In this document: piece after piece, positions 54,364 to 64,000 of the stretch
Numbering within the stretch: position 1 is the first letter of the stretch
Layout of the letters: each line of letters opens with the position of its first letter
Assembly (NCBI RefSeq): GCF_002105155.1
Contig: NW_019028997.1
Location: 186,001 to 250,000, forward strand
Origin: Lobosporangium transversale
Lineage: Eukaryota
Reading direction: 5' to 3'
Length of the DNA: 64,000 nucleotides
Program-made: the position numbers and the translations under genes
The notes under the pieces: generated by a model
What the model saw: the letters and a program-made list of their open reading frames with translations, nothing else
What the model was told of the DNA's origin: nothing
Database searches by the model: none

Positions 54364-57313
54364 CCCCTCCATTCGGATTGGCACTACTCCTGGAGTGCCT
54401 GGATAGACGCCGTAGCTCTCTCTGATAAATCTCAGCAGCATTTGCTGGAGGAATGATAGGAGAAAGAGGAGCTACAGCATCACGATCAGCGATGAACTGC
54501 TCTTGAGCTACACGTTGTCGTGCAGCATCTTGAATTTGTGCCGTTACTGGATCAAGTTCAATGGGTGATCCGTCCATGGAATTATCCATAGAAAATTCAT
54601 CAGAAGCGCTTTTTGGTTTATACCAAGGCGCCTTAGGCATCTCGTTATCGACTAGAACAGCCTTCTTCAATCTATCTTGATGGACTAAGTCAGCTTTTAT
54701 CGTACCGTCAGGCCATGCAAGCTGAAAGGTATGTAGAGGCGTTGCTCGAACAATACGTAAGGGACCATAAAAACTTTGATCAAATTTCTTCTTAGCGAAG
54801 TGCTTCACAAGGACAGCATCACCTGGAAGAAATTTATTTTCGTCGATTTCATTCTGCTTGTCATAGGTAGAAGCCATAAGATCTGCTGCTTTCTGTTGTA
54901 GACCATGTGCCTTGCGACGTATTTCATCAATCTGATCAAACTGTTGTTGTCTGTAAGCTGAGTAATCATCTTCCGTTATGAAGTCGAATAAATGAGGGTG
55001 AGAAGTATCTCCAGGGATAACTGGATCTAGACCATAAACCAGTTTAAAAGGTGACACTTTAGTGATAGAGTGTATACGAACTCGACATGCGAATAAGGCT
55101 TGTAAAATGTATCTGTCCCAAGCTGTACGATGATTTCCGACAAACTTGTTAATCATTGTGCCTAATAAGCCGTTAAATCGTTCGCACTTTCCGTTGGCTC
55201 GGGGATGGTATGCAGATGTTAGTTGATGGTTCGTACCCATCCGATTCATATATCGCTGTAAGGTCGCTGCCGTGAAATTTGATCCACGGTCTGTGACAAT
55301 TTCAGATGGACATCCAAACTGCATAAAAATTTCCTCATAAATAAAGTCAGCAACTGCCGATGCAGTCGCTTCATGCACAGCACGGGCTAAGGGCCAGTTG
55401 GTAGCATAATCAATTGCGGTGATAATCCAACGATTGCCATTCTTGGTTTTCGGTAGGGCTCCTATGAAGTCCATTCCCCAGCGCTGAAAGGGCAAGGTAG
55501 GCTCTAGAGGATGTAGAGGTGCAACAGTGGCATCTTGACGGGCTAACAGCTGACATTCAGGACAAGCTGAGACCATTGTTATAATATCAGCACGAAGGGT
55601 TGGCCACCATACACGAGTTGAAACCAGATCGAATAAGCCGTTTCGGCCAAGATGACCAAAGCCAGCATGATACATATATAGAGTATCAGCTCGATTGACG
55701 AAAGGAACAAATGGGACTGGGCCGTGTTCTGTTATACGACACAAAGTGTCGTGATCGACTTGGAAATGAATTGCTTCATCTCTTACTAGTTTAGCAGATT
55801 CATCATCTTCAGGTAAGGATCCATCCTTGAAATAGGCATAGATGTATAAAGGCCAGTCAACATTATCAGCGGCAAAGTCTTTTATAGATGAAGTAGTTGC
55901 AAGAGAGGCAACTGTTGGTGTAGATAAACGAGACAAAGCATCTGCGGCTGAGTTATCGACACCTCGACGATATTGAATATCAAGATTGTAGGGCGCCAAA
56001 AATTCAATCCATCTGGCCATACGACCGCTCAGATGAGGTTGATTAAATAAAAAGCGTAGGCTAGCGTGATCAGTGAAGACGGTTACTACTGATCCTAAGA
56101 GGTAAGAGCGCCATGCTCCACATGCTCGGACTATGGCCAATAGTTCCTTTTCATGGACTGGAAAATTTTTCTCAGAATTAGAGAGCTTGTGTGACACAAA
56201 AGCAACCGGGTGAAGACGGTTATCGATCATTTGTGAAAGAACTGCTCCTGTAGCAATGTCAGAGGCATCAGTTTCCACAAAAAATGGCTTAGAAAAGTCT
56301 CCGGGGTAAAGAACTGGTGTTGAGGTAAGCAATTGAATCAACTTGTCCATGGCTGCTTGATGGCTAGGAGTCCATTGTGGTAAAGGTCTCTTTTTGGCAT
56401 TGTTTTGTCCTTCTTGCTTTAATAAATCAGTCAAGGGGCTTGCAATCTTGGCGAAGTTGCGTATAAATCGCCTGTAGTAATTTGTGAAGCCTAAGAATGA
56501 GCGTAATTCTTGAACATTGGATGGAGTGGGCCAATCTTTAAGGACTGCAACCTTGTCTGGATCGACTTCAATACCTCGAGAGGATATGACATGACCCAAG
56601 AATTTGACTTCAGATACACCAAAGGTACACTTGCTGGGCTTTGCGTGAAGGGAAGCCGATTTCAAAGCTTCTAGAACCAGCTTGAGATGTTGAACATGCT
56701 CTTTCATAGAAGAAGAGAAAATAAGGATGTCGTCTAAAAAGACAACAACGAACTTGTCCAAGAATTCCTTTAAGACATCATTGGTTAAAGTCTGGCATGT
56801 AGCAGGTCCTCCTGTGAGACCAAAAGGCATGACTACGTATTCGAAATGGCCATATCTTGTATTGAAAGCAGTTTTTGGAATGTCTGCAGGGTGAATACGC
56901 ACTTGATTAAAAGCACTTTCTAAGTCTAGCTTGGAGAAAACAGTAGCACCAGTAAATCGATCGAAAAATTCTTCGATCAAGGGAAGTGGGTACCTATTCT
57001 TGATTGTGATTGAGTTCAAAGCTCTATAATCAATACACAGCCGGAGGGAACCATCGCTCTTGGTCACGAATAGAACAGGGGATGCCCACGGGGAAATGGA
57101 AGGTCTGATAAAGCCTTTCTTAAGTAAATCATCAAGTTGTTGCTTTAAAACTAACAACTCTTTTGGGGACATCTTGTAGGCTCGCTTATAGATCGGGCGT
57201 GCGTCTACTGTATCAATGTGATGATCTTGAGGTCTCTGTGGTGGTAGAGTCGGACAATGGAGTGAAGACAGAATTTTCATATTCGTATAAAAGCTTCTGT
57301 AGTGTAGGATCAA
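54356..57313 (-). CDS. Gypsy Pol: RT, RNase H, integrase
   Basis: [45 protein letters not shown] (H...H...CPEC), MDF, TDRGSNF, ERFNG, GPY/F-like FYGP. No obvious chromodomain. Confidence 0.95.
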   Translation of the reverse strand: MILHYRSFYTNMKILSSLHCPTLPPQRPQDHHIDTVDARPIYKRAYKMSPKELLVLKQQLDDLLKKGFIRPSISPWASPVLFVTKSDGSLRLCIDYRALNSITIKNRYPLPLIEEFFDRFTGATVFSKLDLESAFNQVRIHPADIPKTAFNTRYGHFEYVVMPFGLTGGPATCQTLTNDVLKEFLDKFVVVFLDDILIFSSSMKEHVQHLKLVLEALKSASLHAKPSKCTFGVSEVKFLGHVISSRGIEVDPDKVAVLKDWPTPSNVQELRSFLGFTNYYRRFIRNFAKIASPLTDLLKQEGQNNAKKRPLPQWTPSHQAAMDKLIQLLTSTPVLYPGDFSKPFFVETDASDIATGAVLSQMIDNRLHPVAFVSHKLSNSEKNFPVHEKELLAIVRACGAWRSYLLGSVVTVFTDHASLRFLFNQPHLSGRMARWIEFLAPYNLDIQYRRGVDNSAADALSRLSTPTVASLATTSSIKDFAADNVDWPLYIYAYFKDGSLPEDDESAKLVRDEAIHFQVDHDTLCRITEHGPVPFVPFVNRADTLYMYHAGFGHLGRNGLFDLVSTRVWWPTLRADIITMVSACPECQLLARQDATVAPLHPLEPTLPFQRWGMDFIGALPKTKNGNRWIITAIDYATNWPLARAVHEATASAVADFIYEEIFMQFGCPSEIVTDRGSNFTAATLQRYMNRMGTNHQLTSAYHPRANGKCERFNGLLGTMINKFVGNHRTAWDRYILQALFACRVRIHSITKVSPFKLVYGLDPVIPGDTSHPHLFDFITEDDYSAYRQQQFDQIDEIRRKAHGLQQKAADLMASTYDKQNEIDENKFLPGDAVLVKHFAKKKFDQSFYGPLRIVRATPLHTFQLAWPDGTIKADLVHQDRLKKAVLVDNEMPKAPWYKPKSASDEFSMDNSMDGSPIELDPVTAQIQDAARQRVAQEQFIADRDAVAPLSPIIPPANAAEIYQRELRRLSRHSRSSANPNGGVS

Positions 57314-58997
57314 TATTGTTGTCTTTAATAACTTCCGCTAACGAAAGAGCAGAAATTTTCGGAGTCGATTGTTCATCTTGAAGAAAAACCAAACCCAGGT
57401 CTTGTTGATTTGACACAGCACGCTGGATGGCTCGATGAGTACACAACGAATCCATTTGAGGTTCCGAAGAAAGAACCTTTAGGGATGAGTCTTTGGAAGA
57501 AGCCTTGTATGATGCTCCATTCACAGTCCAAGTCAAAGTTCCTTGAACATAATCAGTATTTGGATTATACTTCTTTAACCAAACCAGGCCAAGGTAAATG
57601 TCTTGACTTAGGATATCAGCCACGCAAAATTCCTCGTCATGAGTAAAGTTGCCGATAGTAAATACGAGAGTGACTAAGCTTGTCAACTTTACGTTACTAA
57701 GATTGGCTGTAGTGGCGATTGTTGGCCGATTGAGTTTTGTTTCTTTTTTTATGAGCGAAGGATCATATGCGCGGATCCTGTTAAGCGCTGTTGTAGAGAT
57801 CGCGTTGCAATTGCATCCGCCGTCGATAAGGGCAATCAGCTCAGTTGAGCCGACGTTCGTTTTGATGAAGATCTGTTCAGGCAACATTTTGATGTGATCT
57901 TCTAGTGGTGCTGATTTATCTGTCATTGTAATAGGCTCAACGGTATGAGCTTGTAATTGATTAACATGGGCAGATTTGTCAGGCTTATTATCAGGCTTTG
58001 TAGGGCAAGCGTACCCTTTGTGATCTGTCTTGCCACAGATATAGCATGACCGGGGACCATTGCCACCGTTTTTGTAGCATTGTACCTCAGAATGGCCGTG
58101 CCTGCCACAAGTAGGACAAGGTGGACGTCTTGTTCTGAGGGAATCTATGTCCATAGTAGATTCCGCAACATGGTCATGGTCTTGATGACGGTCTTGATGA
58201 CGGTCTTGGTGTTGTTGTGAATTATTTTGATGAGAATTGTTTTGATGAGAGTTATTTCGATGATAAGTGGTATGTGAGGTTGAATGTCTGACAAAGTCAT
58301 TATTTTTGTAAGATGCTTGATGTGGAGGAGGAGTATGAGGTTTGTCATTGGATCTTGATGCCTTGTCTAAGAGTCTCTTTGCGTGCCAGTTATGAGATTC
58401 TGTGCGACAAACATCTAGGACTTCATTCCAGGTCGTGGCGTTCTCTTTCTGAAGCTTGCGCTGGAGCCATAAATCTGCGACTCGACGGAAGTTCCATACT
58501 TTTTCTCCTTCGGGAATTTTATCACGAAGTGGATAGTATGCTGCCTCGAACTCACGGACGAATTCCATAACATCTGAGTTCGGTTTCATGGATAAATTGT
58601 CGTACTTGTAACGTAGCTCGAACTCATCATCCGCCTTGGCAAATTGTTCCTTAAAATCATGAGCGAATTTTTTCCAAGTGAGGATATTCTTAGTCTCAAG
58701 ATCGTCAATGTGTCTAAGACTCCAATCACGTGCGATCTTTTCCATATGTAGAGCAACACGAACTGTAAAGAAGTTATCATTGACGTTGGAAATTTTGTAC
58801 AAAGCGTCCATAGCGCGTAACCAGGATGAAACATCCGTCTTGCTATCGAATCGTTCAATTCCTGCAAGATTAAAATGCTGATTGGTTGTAGTTTCCATAT
58901 TTACATCACCATCGGTGTCAAGAAAGGAATTGGAGGATGTGGTCGTGGTAGAGGAGCTTGCGGTGCTTTGAACGTTGATATTGGATGGGGGTTTCAT
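57213..58997 (-). CDS. Gypsy Gag-protease with two CCHC knuckles
   Basis: [14 protein letters not shown] and [14 protein letters not shown]; protease motifs ALIDGG and IYLGLVWL. Confidence 0.92.
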   Translation of the reverse strand: MKPPSNINVQSTASSSTTTTSSNSFLDTDGDVNMETTTNQHFNLAGIERFDSKTDVSSWLRAMDALYKISNVNDNFFTVRVALHMEKIARDWSLRHIDDLETKNILTWKKFAHDFKEQFAKADDEFELRYKYDNLSMKPNSDVMEFVREFEAAYYPLRDKIPEGEKVWNFRRVADLWLQRKLQKENATTWNEVLDVCRTESHNWHAKRLLDKASRSNDKPHTPPPHQASYKNNDFVRHSTSHTTYHRNNSHQNNSHQNNSQQHQDRHQDRHQDHDHVAESTMDIDSLRTRRPPCPTCGRHGHSEVQCYKNGGNGPRSCYICGKTDHKGYACPTKPDNKPDKSAHVNQLQAHTVEPITMTDKSAPLEDHIKMLPEQIFIKTNVGSTELIALIDGGCNCNAISTTALNRIRAYDPSLIKKETKLNRPTIATTANLSNVKLTSLVTLVFTIGNFTHDEEFCVADILSQDIYLGLVWLKKYNPNTDYVQGTLTWTVNGASYKASSKDSSLKVLSSEPQMDSLCTHRAIQRAVSNQQDLGLVFLQDEQSTPKISALSLAEVIKDNNIDPTLQKLLYEYENSVFTPLSDSTTTETSRSSH

Positions 58998-59126
58998 TGT
59001 TGATAAATAAAAGGTCTTTGTTTGAAAAAAAAGGGCAAATAAGGGGATGAATAAATAAAAATGTGTGTAAACAAGTAAAAAGGTAACAAATAAGGAAAGA
59101 GATAAATGAAACGGAAAAAGAAAGCT

Positions 59127-59172
<46 letters not shown>

Positions 59173-59332
59173 CGCGAAAAATAAAAGTGTGTGGTGAAGG
59201 TAAAGAATTTGGTTGAGGAAAAGCAAAAAGTTTGTAATATGATCACAACAAAAGGATGAATATGTACAATCAAAAAGTGTCAAGAAGAATAATAATGGAG
59301 TAGTAACTAGGTCGCGTTAGAGGTTAAAAGAA

Positions 59333-59344
59333 CCTTTGCTACCA
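59333..59344 (-). promoter_or_regulatory. Primer-binding site, probably for tRNA-iMet
   Basis: TGGTAGCAAAGG two nt inside the 5' LTR. TGGTAGC is complementary to typical initiator tRNA-Met 3' ends. Confidence 0.7.
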
Positions 59345-59346
59345 TT

Positions 59347-59731
59347 TGTCGTAGAGCATCTACTAGTGATCTCTGGAAACTAGTAGGTAATGATGAAAAA
59401 TGAAGAATTGGGCAAGAGCCTCGTGGTTTTGGGATACGATAGTGATCCTAAGTAATGCTTTGAATGATTTTGAGGATGCTGCAAAAGGGCATCGATAATA
59501 AGAAGAGAGATCTTTAATAACTGCTAATTTTCTGAGAATTCATAATGAGAATAATGAAGATAAACTCACCTGCAAAAGGGCATCGATAATAAGAAGAGAG
59601 ATGCCGTTTTTGCAGTGAAGGAAAAAGCTACTGAAATACTATTTAAAAATGGTAGAAAATAGGATGATAGGAAATAAATAAATTGAAAGGAAATACATAT
59701 TTAGGTAAATGAATAGGCGTCATTTACGACA
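59347..59731 (-). repeat. 5' LTR
   Basis: Matches 53979-54363 and is followed on the minus strand by the PBS. Confidence 0.95.
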
Positions 59732-59744
59732 ATACTCAACAAAA

Positions 59745-59817
59745 GCCCGGCTAACTCAATCGGTAGAGTGTCAGACTTTTAATCTGAAAGTTGCGGGTTC
59801 GACCCCCGCGTTGGGCG
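59745..59817 (+). tRNA. tRNA-Lys(TTT)
   Basis: Acceptor GCCCGGC/GTTGGGC, anticodon arm TCAGA-CT TTT AA-TCTGA, T arm GCGGG-TTCGACC-CCCGC. Confidence 0.95.
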
Positions 59818-60219
59818 TATAATTTTTCTATTTTGGAGTTTTTGAATAGAATATTATTGCGGCAGGAATTATTGGATACGGCTTTATTTGCGACTCCTGA
59901 AAGGTTTTTACTTCAGGACCAACAAGGATGTTTGTGTACCTGGACTTTAAAAGGTAACGAAACAGATGATAATACCTTGATGTCCAACTTACAGTTAATG
60001 TACCTGGTTTTTTCATTTAATCGTGTGTTGTCCTAGCTATCATTATAAGAATGCCTAAGTTGTTTACTGCTAAACTAAACTAAACCGAGAGCATCAGGTA
60101 CTACGCATTGGTTTGAACGTTCAGAAAATACCCGTAACCTCTAATTGTGGGCAAAGCTTGATAGCAAGGGTAGATCCGATATTTTGATTTCATCCTGTTG
60201 TTTTACCGAATGTTTGGCA

Positions 60220-61509
60220 TTAAGCCATCAATTGCTTCAAATAGCTATCATGCTTTTGGTGTTGCTGCTGGTCAGCATACATCTTCATTGTCAGTACCAC
60301 TAGGGCTTCCTCAAATTCATAGCAACCACGCCAGCCTCGATACTGGCTCTTGAGCAGCCTCATTACATGCGAGCCTAGGTCTAGCCCTTGGAAGCGTACC
60401 TGTGATCGCTCTACCACATGGTGCACGCACATCTGAGTAACCGGGGGATGCTCAAATCCCCATCCAAAGTACACTTCAAGTACGTTTTCGTCTGTGATCA
60501 CTTGCTGGAGCTCATTAAGGTGCCATTCCACCCAAGGCGTAGAGCTGGGGCACTTGTTTAACCCATACTCCTTGCCCAGATCAAATGTAACCCTCCATTG
60601 ATCACTCCGAGGTACATATCCATCTGAGGGTAATCTTCCAGAGTAAATGAATCCTATCAACTTCTCAAACACGGCCCATGTGCTAATAGGTGCCGTCAGG
60701 ACAGTCGTAGCAGGCCGTTGGTGGGGATTGTGCTGAGCAAGTGTCAGCTTCGCTGAAAGTGATGGATATATGGATAAAACAGCGTGATGTGCTCGCTTGC
60801 GGTCGAGAACTAGCCCAGCTTTAGAAATGAAACGGAACTCGACATCCGAGGTTGATGTATGATTTTCAAACTGAGTCATCATCTCTACTAAAGGGTCAAT
60901 ATTTCGAGCGATGGGGTCGAATTCAGAGGACGCTAAACTGTGTGTCCAGTGGCCAGCATTGTGTGGGCCTAGGAGCTTGAGTGGAAAGGAAGATAGGATT
61001 ATGTAGAACTCATAGTTTTGGTCCAACCAGACATCCTTACGTTCCAAATGAACTATTTCAGGATCGGTTAAATTACAGTTTCTTCCCACAAGCTTATTGC
61101 AGAACAAAGAATATACAAATACTTGGCATATAAATCAGTACATACATTCAATTCCTTTAAAGATGTCGTCGCTCTTAATGCGCAGACTCAGTAGGACATG
61201 ACGTGGATCAGGATGAAGCTCATCAGGAGCGGCTACTTGAAGACTACAGCAGTGTTGAAACTCAGTACGCTTCGCTTCCGAATGAGTGAGGGGCGCAAGC
61301 GATGCTCGGACTGTGGATTTATCTTCTAAGATCGAGAGCTGGCATGTCCATTCATGTGTGCCATTTTTTGCAACCGTTCCTATGGAAGGTGAGTCTTGAG
61401 TAGAGGCAGTAGAGTATACCCTGTCCGGAATACTGAAGTGCAAGATACACAAATTTGTAGCGATGGTCATAATTGGCCTTGTGAGTGATTTACAAGAGAC
61501 AAGTGGCAC
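60220..61509 (-). CDS. BTB/POZ-like domain protein
   Basis: SDVEF...AHHAVLS...FEKLIGFIYSG...ITDENVLEV follows a BTB pattern. Two main exons; start uncertain. Confidence 0.6.
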
Positions 61510-61738
61510 GACGAAATATTCAAAAAGTGAGAGCTAAAAAGTCGAGGTGACAACATAGTCATATGGTTCATTTGCACGTGTATAGAGTAACACGGTTTAT
61601 CAATGATAAAGTCAGACTGAATGTACAGTATACAGCGCATGCTTTCCAAATTAACTTTTTTTCACTTCCAGCTTCTGACTCTTTGGACCAAAGTCGCTTC
61701 ACTCACTTGCCCATTAGATAGTCATTTCTTTTTGTATT

Positions 61739-64000
61739 ATGCTCTTGATACCCATACGCAGTACAACAGACGCTGGGTTGACGCTCTGGATGCTGTTATT
61801 GTTTCTCACAGTCTTGCCCAGAAGCTGTGTATCTATTTTCCCATGGAGCCCATGGTCACGCCCCCCCGCTTCTATGCAGGGTGAGGCGCACCAGATACAG
61901 GGTACAGCGGAATCCTTTAATCCAAGCCTAAAATGTAATCAGTCTTGGATCGCTCAATCCAATTGTCAAACATGCTATACGTCGATGCCTCTGCCAAATA
62001 CCTAAATATAAGCCCGCCATTACTATTCTAGATCCCATTAACTGGGGGGATGATAGTTCTGACGAAGAGATGTCTGCCCTGCATTACGCAACAGGTCTAT
62101 CCATAATAACTTGTTTATTGTGATGGCTATATCAACCGCTTTACACAGTTGTTTAATCTTTTTGATCGAGTATGTTTTCCTTAAAACCATTACAGAGGCC
62201 TTGAAAGCGTACGAGCACAAGCCTGACTGCTTCAAGAAGGCAGCAAGAGCCTTGCGTAAAGAATGCAAAAGCGTTGACATGGATGAGGATGAGAAAATGA
62301 AATGTAACAAGAGAAAAGCAAGCTACTTATTATATGAACTATTAGATAGGAGAAGGATGTCAGGGTTTTTCATGTAAACAAACACTTTTTTTATTATAGT
62401 TGCGATTAGACTGGCGGCTTGCGAGATTGCCACAGCTAATATGCCTGTACCTGTTGATTGCCGCGCCCTTAGCCCAGAGGGGGAACAAGCACAAAGCGAA
62501 TCTGCTACGCCGGCCAATATCCGACGATGTGTCCAGTATGGACTTAGGATTGCCCACTTTTGATGCATATTCTTTAAATACTGAGTTGTTCTAATGCTGA
62601 GCCCTTAATGGTTTCCGTAATCAACGATATATAATACACAGGTCCCTTGGCCATGTGCCACAGCTCTGGACATCCTATTCTGGATATTTTCGCGAAGTCA
62701 AAGTGATGTGTCTTGCGGTTCGATTTTCATTGGAGCATGGTACATGTAGACCTAATCATTAAATTTTTTGACGTGTCGAGCCCAACTACGCTGTCTTACA
62801 CGTTTCGTACATTCAACGCCACACATCTAGATGATCTACGTGTTTTGCAACGGAACATCTCACGTTCTCATTTGGAGCAAATCGCCTTTTTGAGGGAGAA
62901 GCAGAAAGAGCTATTGGAGACACACCGATTAGAAGTTACAAGCTTTCAGGAAACCATGAATCTTCATACAGCCATCAATGATCAGACAAAAACTATATTA
63001 GTAAGAGGGTAGAATGATATGCACACTACCATTATATTGCCACACTGTTGCTCCGCTTTTAGAGGAGCCCCAAGAGCACAAGCTTATATTCAATATCATT
63101 ACTTCGAAATAGTCTCAGGCTAGCGCTTTACGCGATTATTTATCAATGCTTTTCGAAGATATGTCAAGGATGAGTCGAAGAAGTGAGCAGGAAGCTATGC
63201 AACAGGGCGTTGCTATTTCGCACCTTCAAGAAGTTAATGGTCAGCTCATAACGGAGTACCACACGAGCATAGAAGAGGTATTAAACTGGCTCAATCTTTT
63301 TCAACAGATCTGCAATGTTCCTCTTGGCTTTTTTCTTACAATCAGTATTATATAGACTTTGAGTTCGATCTCCCAAGCGATGCGAAGCTGGCACAAGTCC
63401 CTAGAATCGGGCCTTTCACGAGCTGAGACCCTGGATAGAATTAATAAGGACCTTATGGTAGTGTGTCTTTCCTTTATCTAAAAGCCATGACGACACTAGC
63501 TTAAGTATTGAGGATATCAGATCAACTGCCTTATTGCAATTTCCTCACAAAACAAACTTTCTAGGCCAGGGTTCAAGAATCTAACGATGGCCTAGATGAT
63601 ATGAAAGGTCAGCTGAACACAGTTCGCAATAGCCTAGATCAAATAGCAAGGGTTGCTAAAGATAATACGCGCACCTTGTTGGATATTCAAGAAGTGGGCT
63701 CCCATAAAATAAATGCAGCTATAAATGCATCGATAACCAATGTCACGGAAGCGCTTTGCCAGCTGGAGACTAATAGCCAAATAGCTCGGGATGAAGTAAT
63801 CAGCGTGTTTGATAGTGTGAGGGTCAACATGCGTGACAAAGTAGCGAGGACTTTGGAAGAGACAACATTTGATATCAGGAACATGGCCGCAACATCACAG
63901 GAGAAAATCGAGCAACTCAACATGCTCGTGGACGAGTTCAGAAGCAAACAGGAAGACGTTCTTTGGCAGCTAGGTGTCATACATAGAGCATGGCGATTCA
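61739..64000 (+). CDS. KAR5/Tht1/brambleberry/GEX1-like nuclear fusion protein, 3' truncated by window
   Basis: Cys-rich exons PDCFKKAARALRKEC, AIRLAACEIATANMPVPVDC and QLWTSYSGYFREVKVMC, followed by coiled-coil exons. Hydrophobic N-terminus; start codon tentative. Confidence 0.7.

Larger units (their letters stand above)
53979..59731 (-). mobile_element. Full-length Ty3/Gypsy LTR retrotransposon
   Basis: 385-bp TG...CA LTRs at 53979-54363 and 59347-59731, identical by eye. 4-bp TSD ATAC. PBS TGGTAGCAAAGG next to the 5' LTR and PPT GAATGGAGGGG next to the 3' LTR. Confidence 0.97.

Overview
Eukaryotic, intron-rich fungal DNA with GT-AG introns, ctaac branch sites and long poly-A/T runs. The gene content suggests an early-diverging fungus such as Mortierellaceae (inference). 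The left 23.6 kb is ordinary gene space: a polyQ-rich MED25-like Mediator subunit, a hypothetical protein, a FANCJ/BRIP1-like Fe-S helicase, pantoate-beta-alanine ligase and two tandem FAD monooxygenases. From about 23.9 to 59.8 kb is a transposon island built around three tRNA genes, Leu(AAG), Glu(CTC) and Lys(TTT). It holds stacked LINE 3' ends and several Mutator-like MITEs. A near-perfect 1.15-kb inverted duplication encloses an apparently intact Crypton tyrosine-recombinase gene, a decayed DIRS-type RT and a decayed hAT element. The island also has an intact 8.2-kb RNase H-bearing LINE with a 19-bp TSD and a young Ty3/Gypsy element inserted 13 bp upstream of tRNA-Lys. Removing the nested insertions reconstructs a head-to-head tRNA-Glu/tRNA-Lys pair with an LTR junction 12-13 bp upstream of each, suggesting Pol III-targeted integration. 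The right end carries a BTB-like gene and a KAR5/brambleberry-like nuclear fusion gene. All calls are by eye from motifs; no database searches were run.
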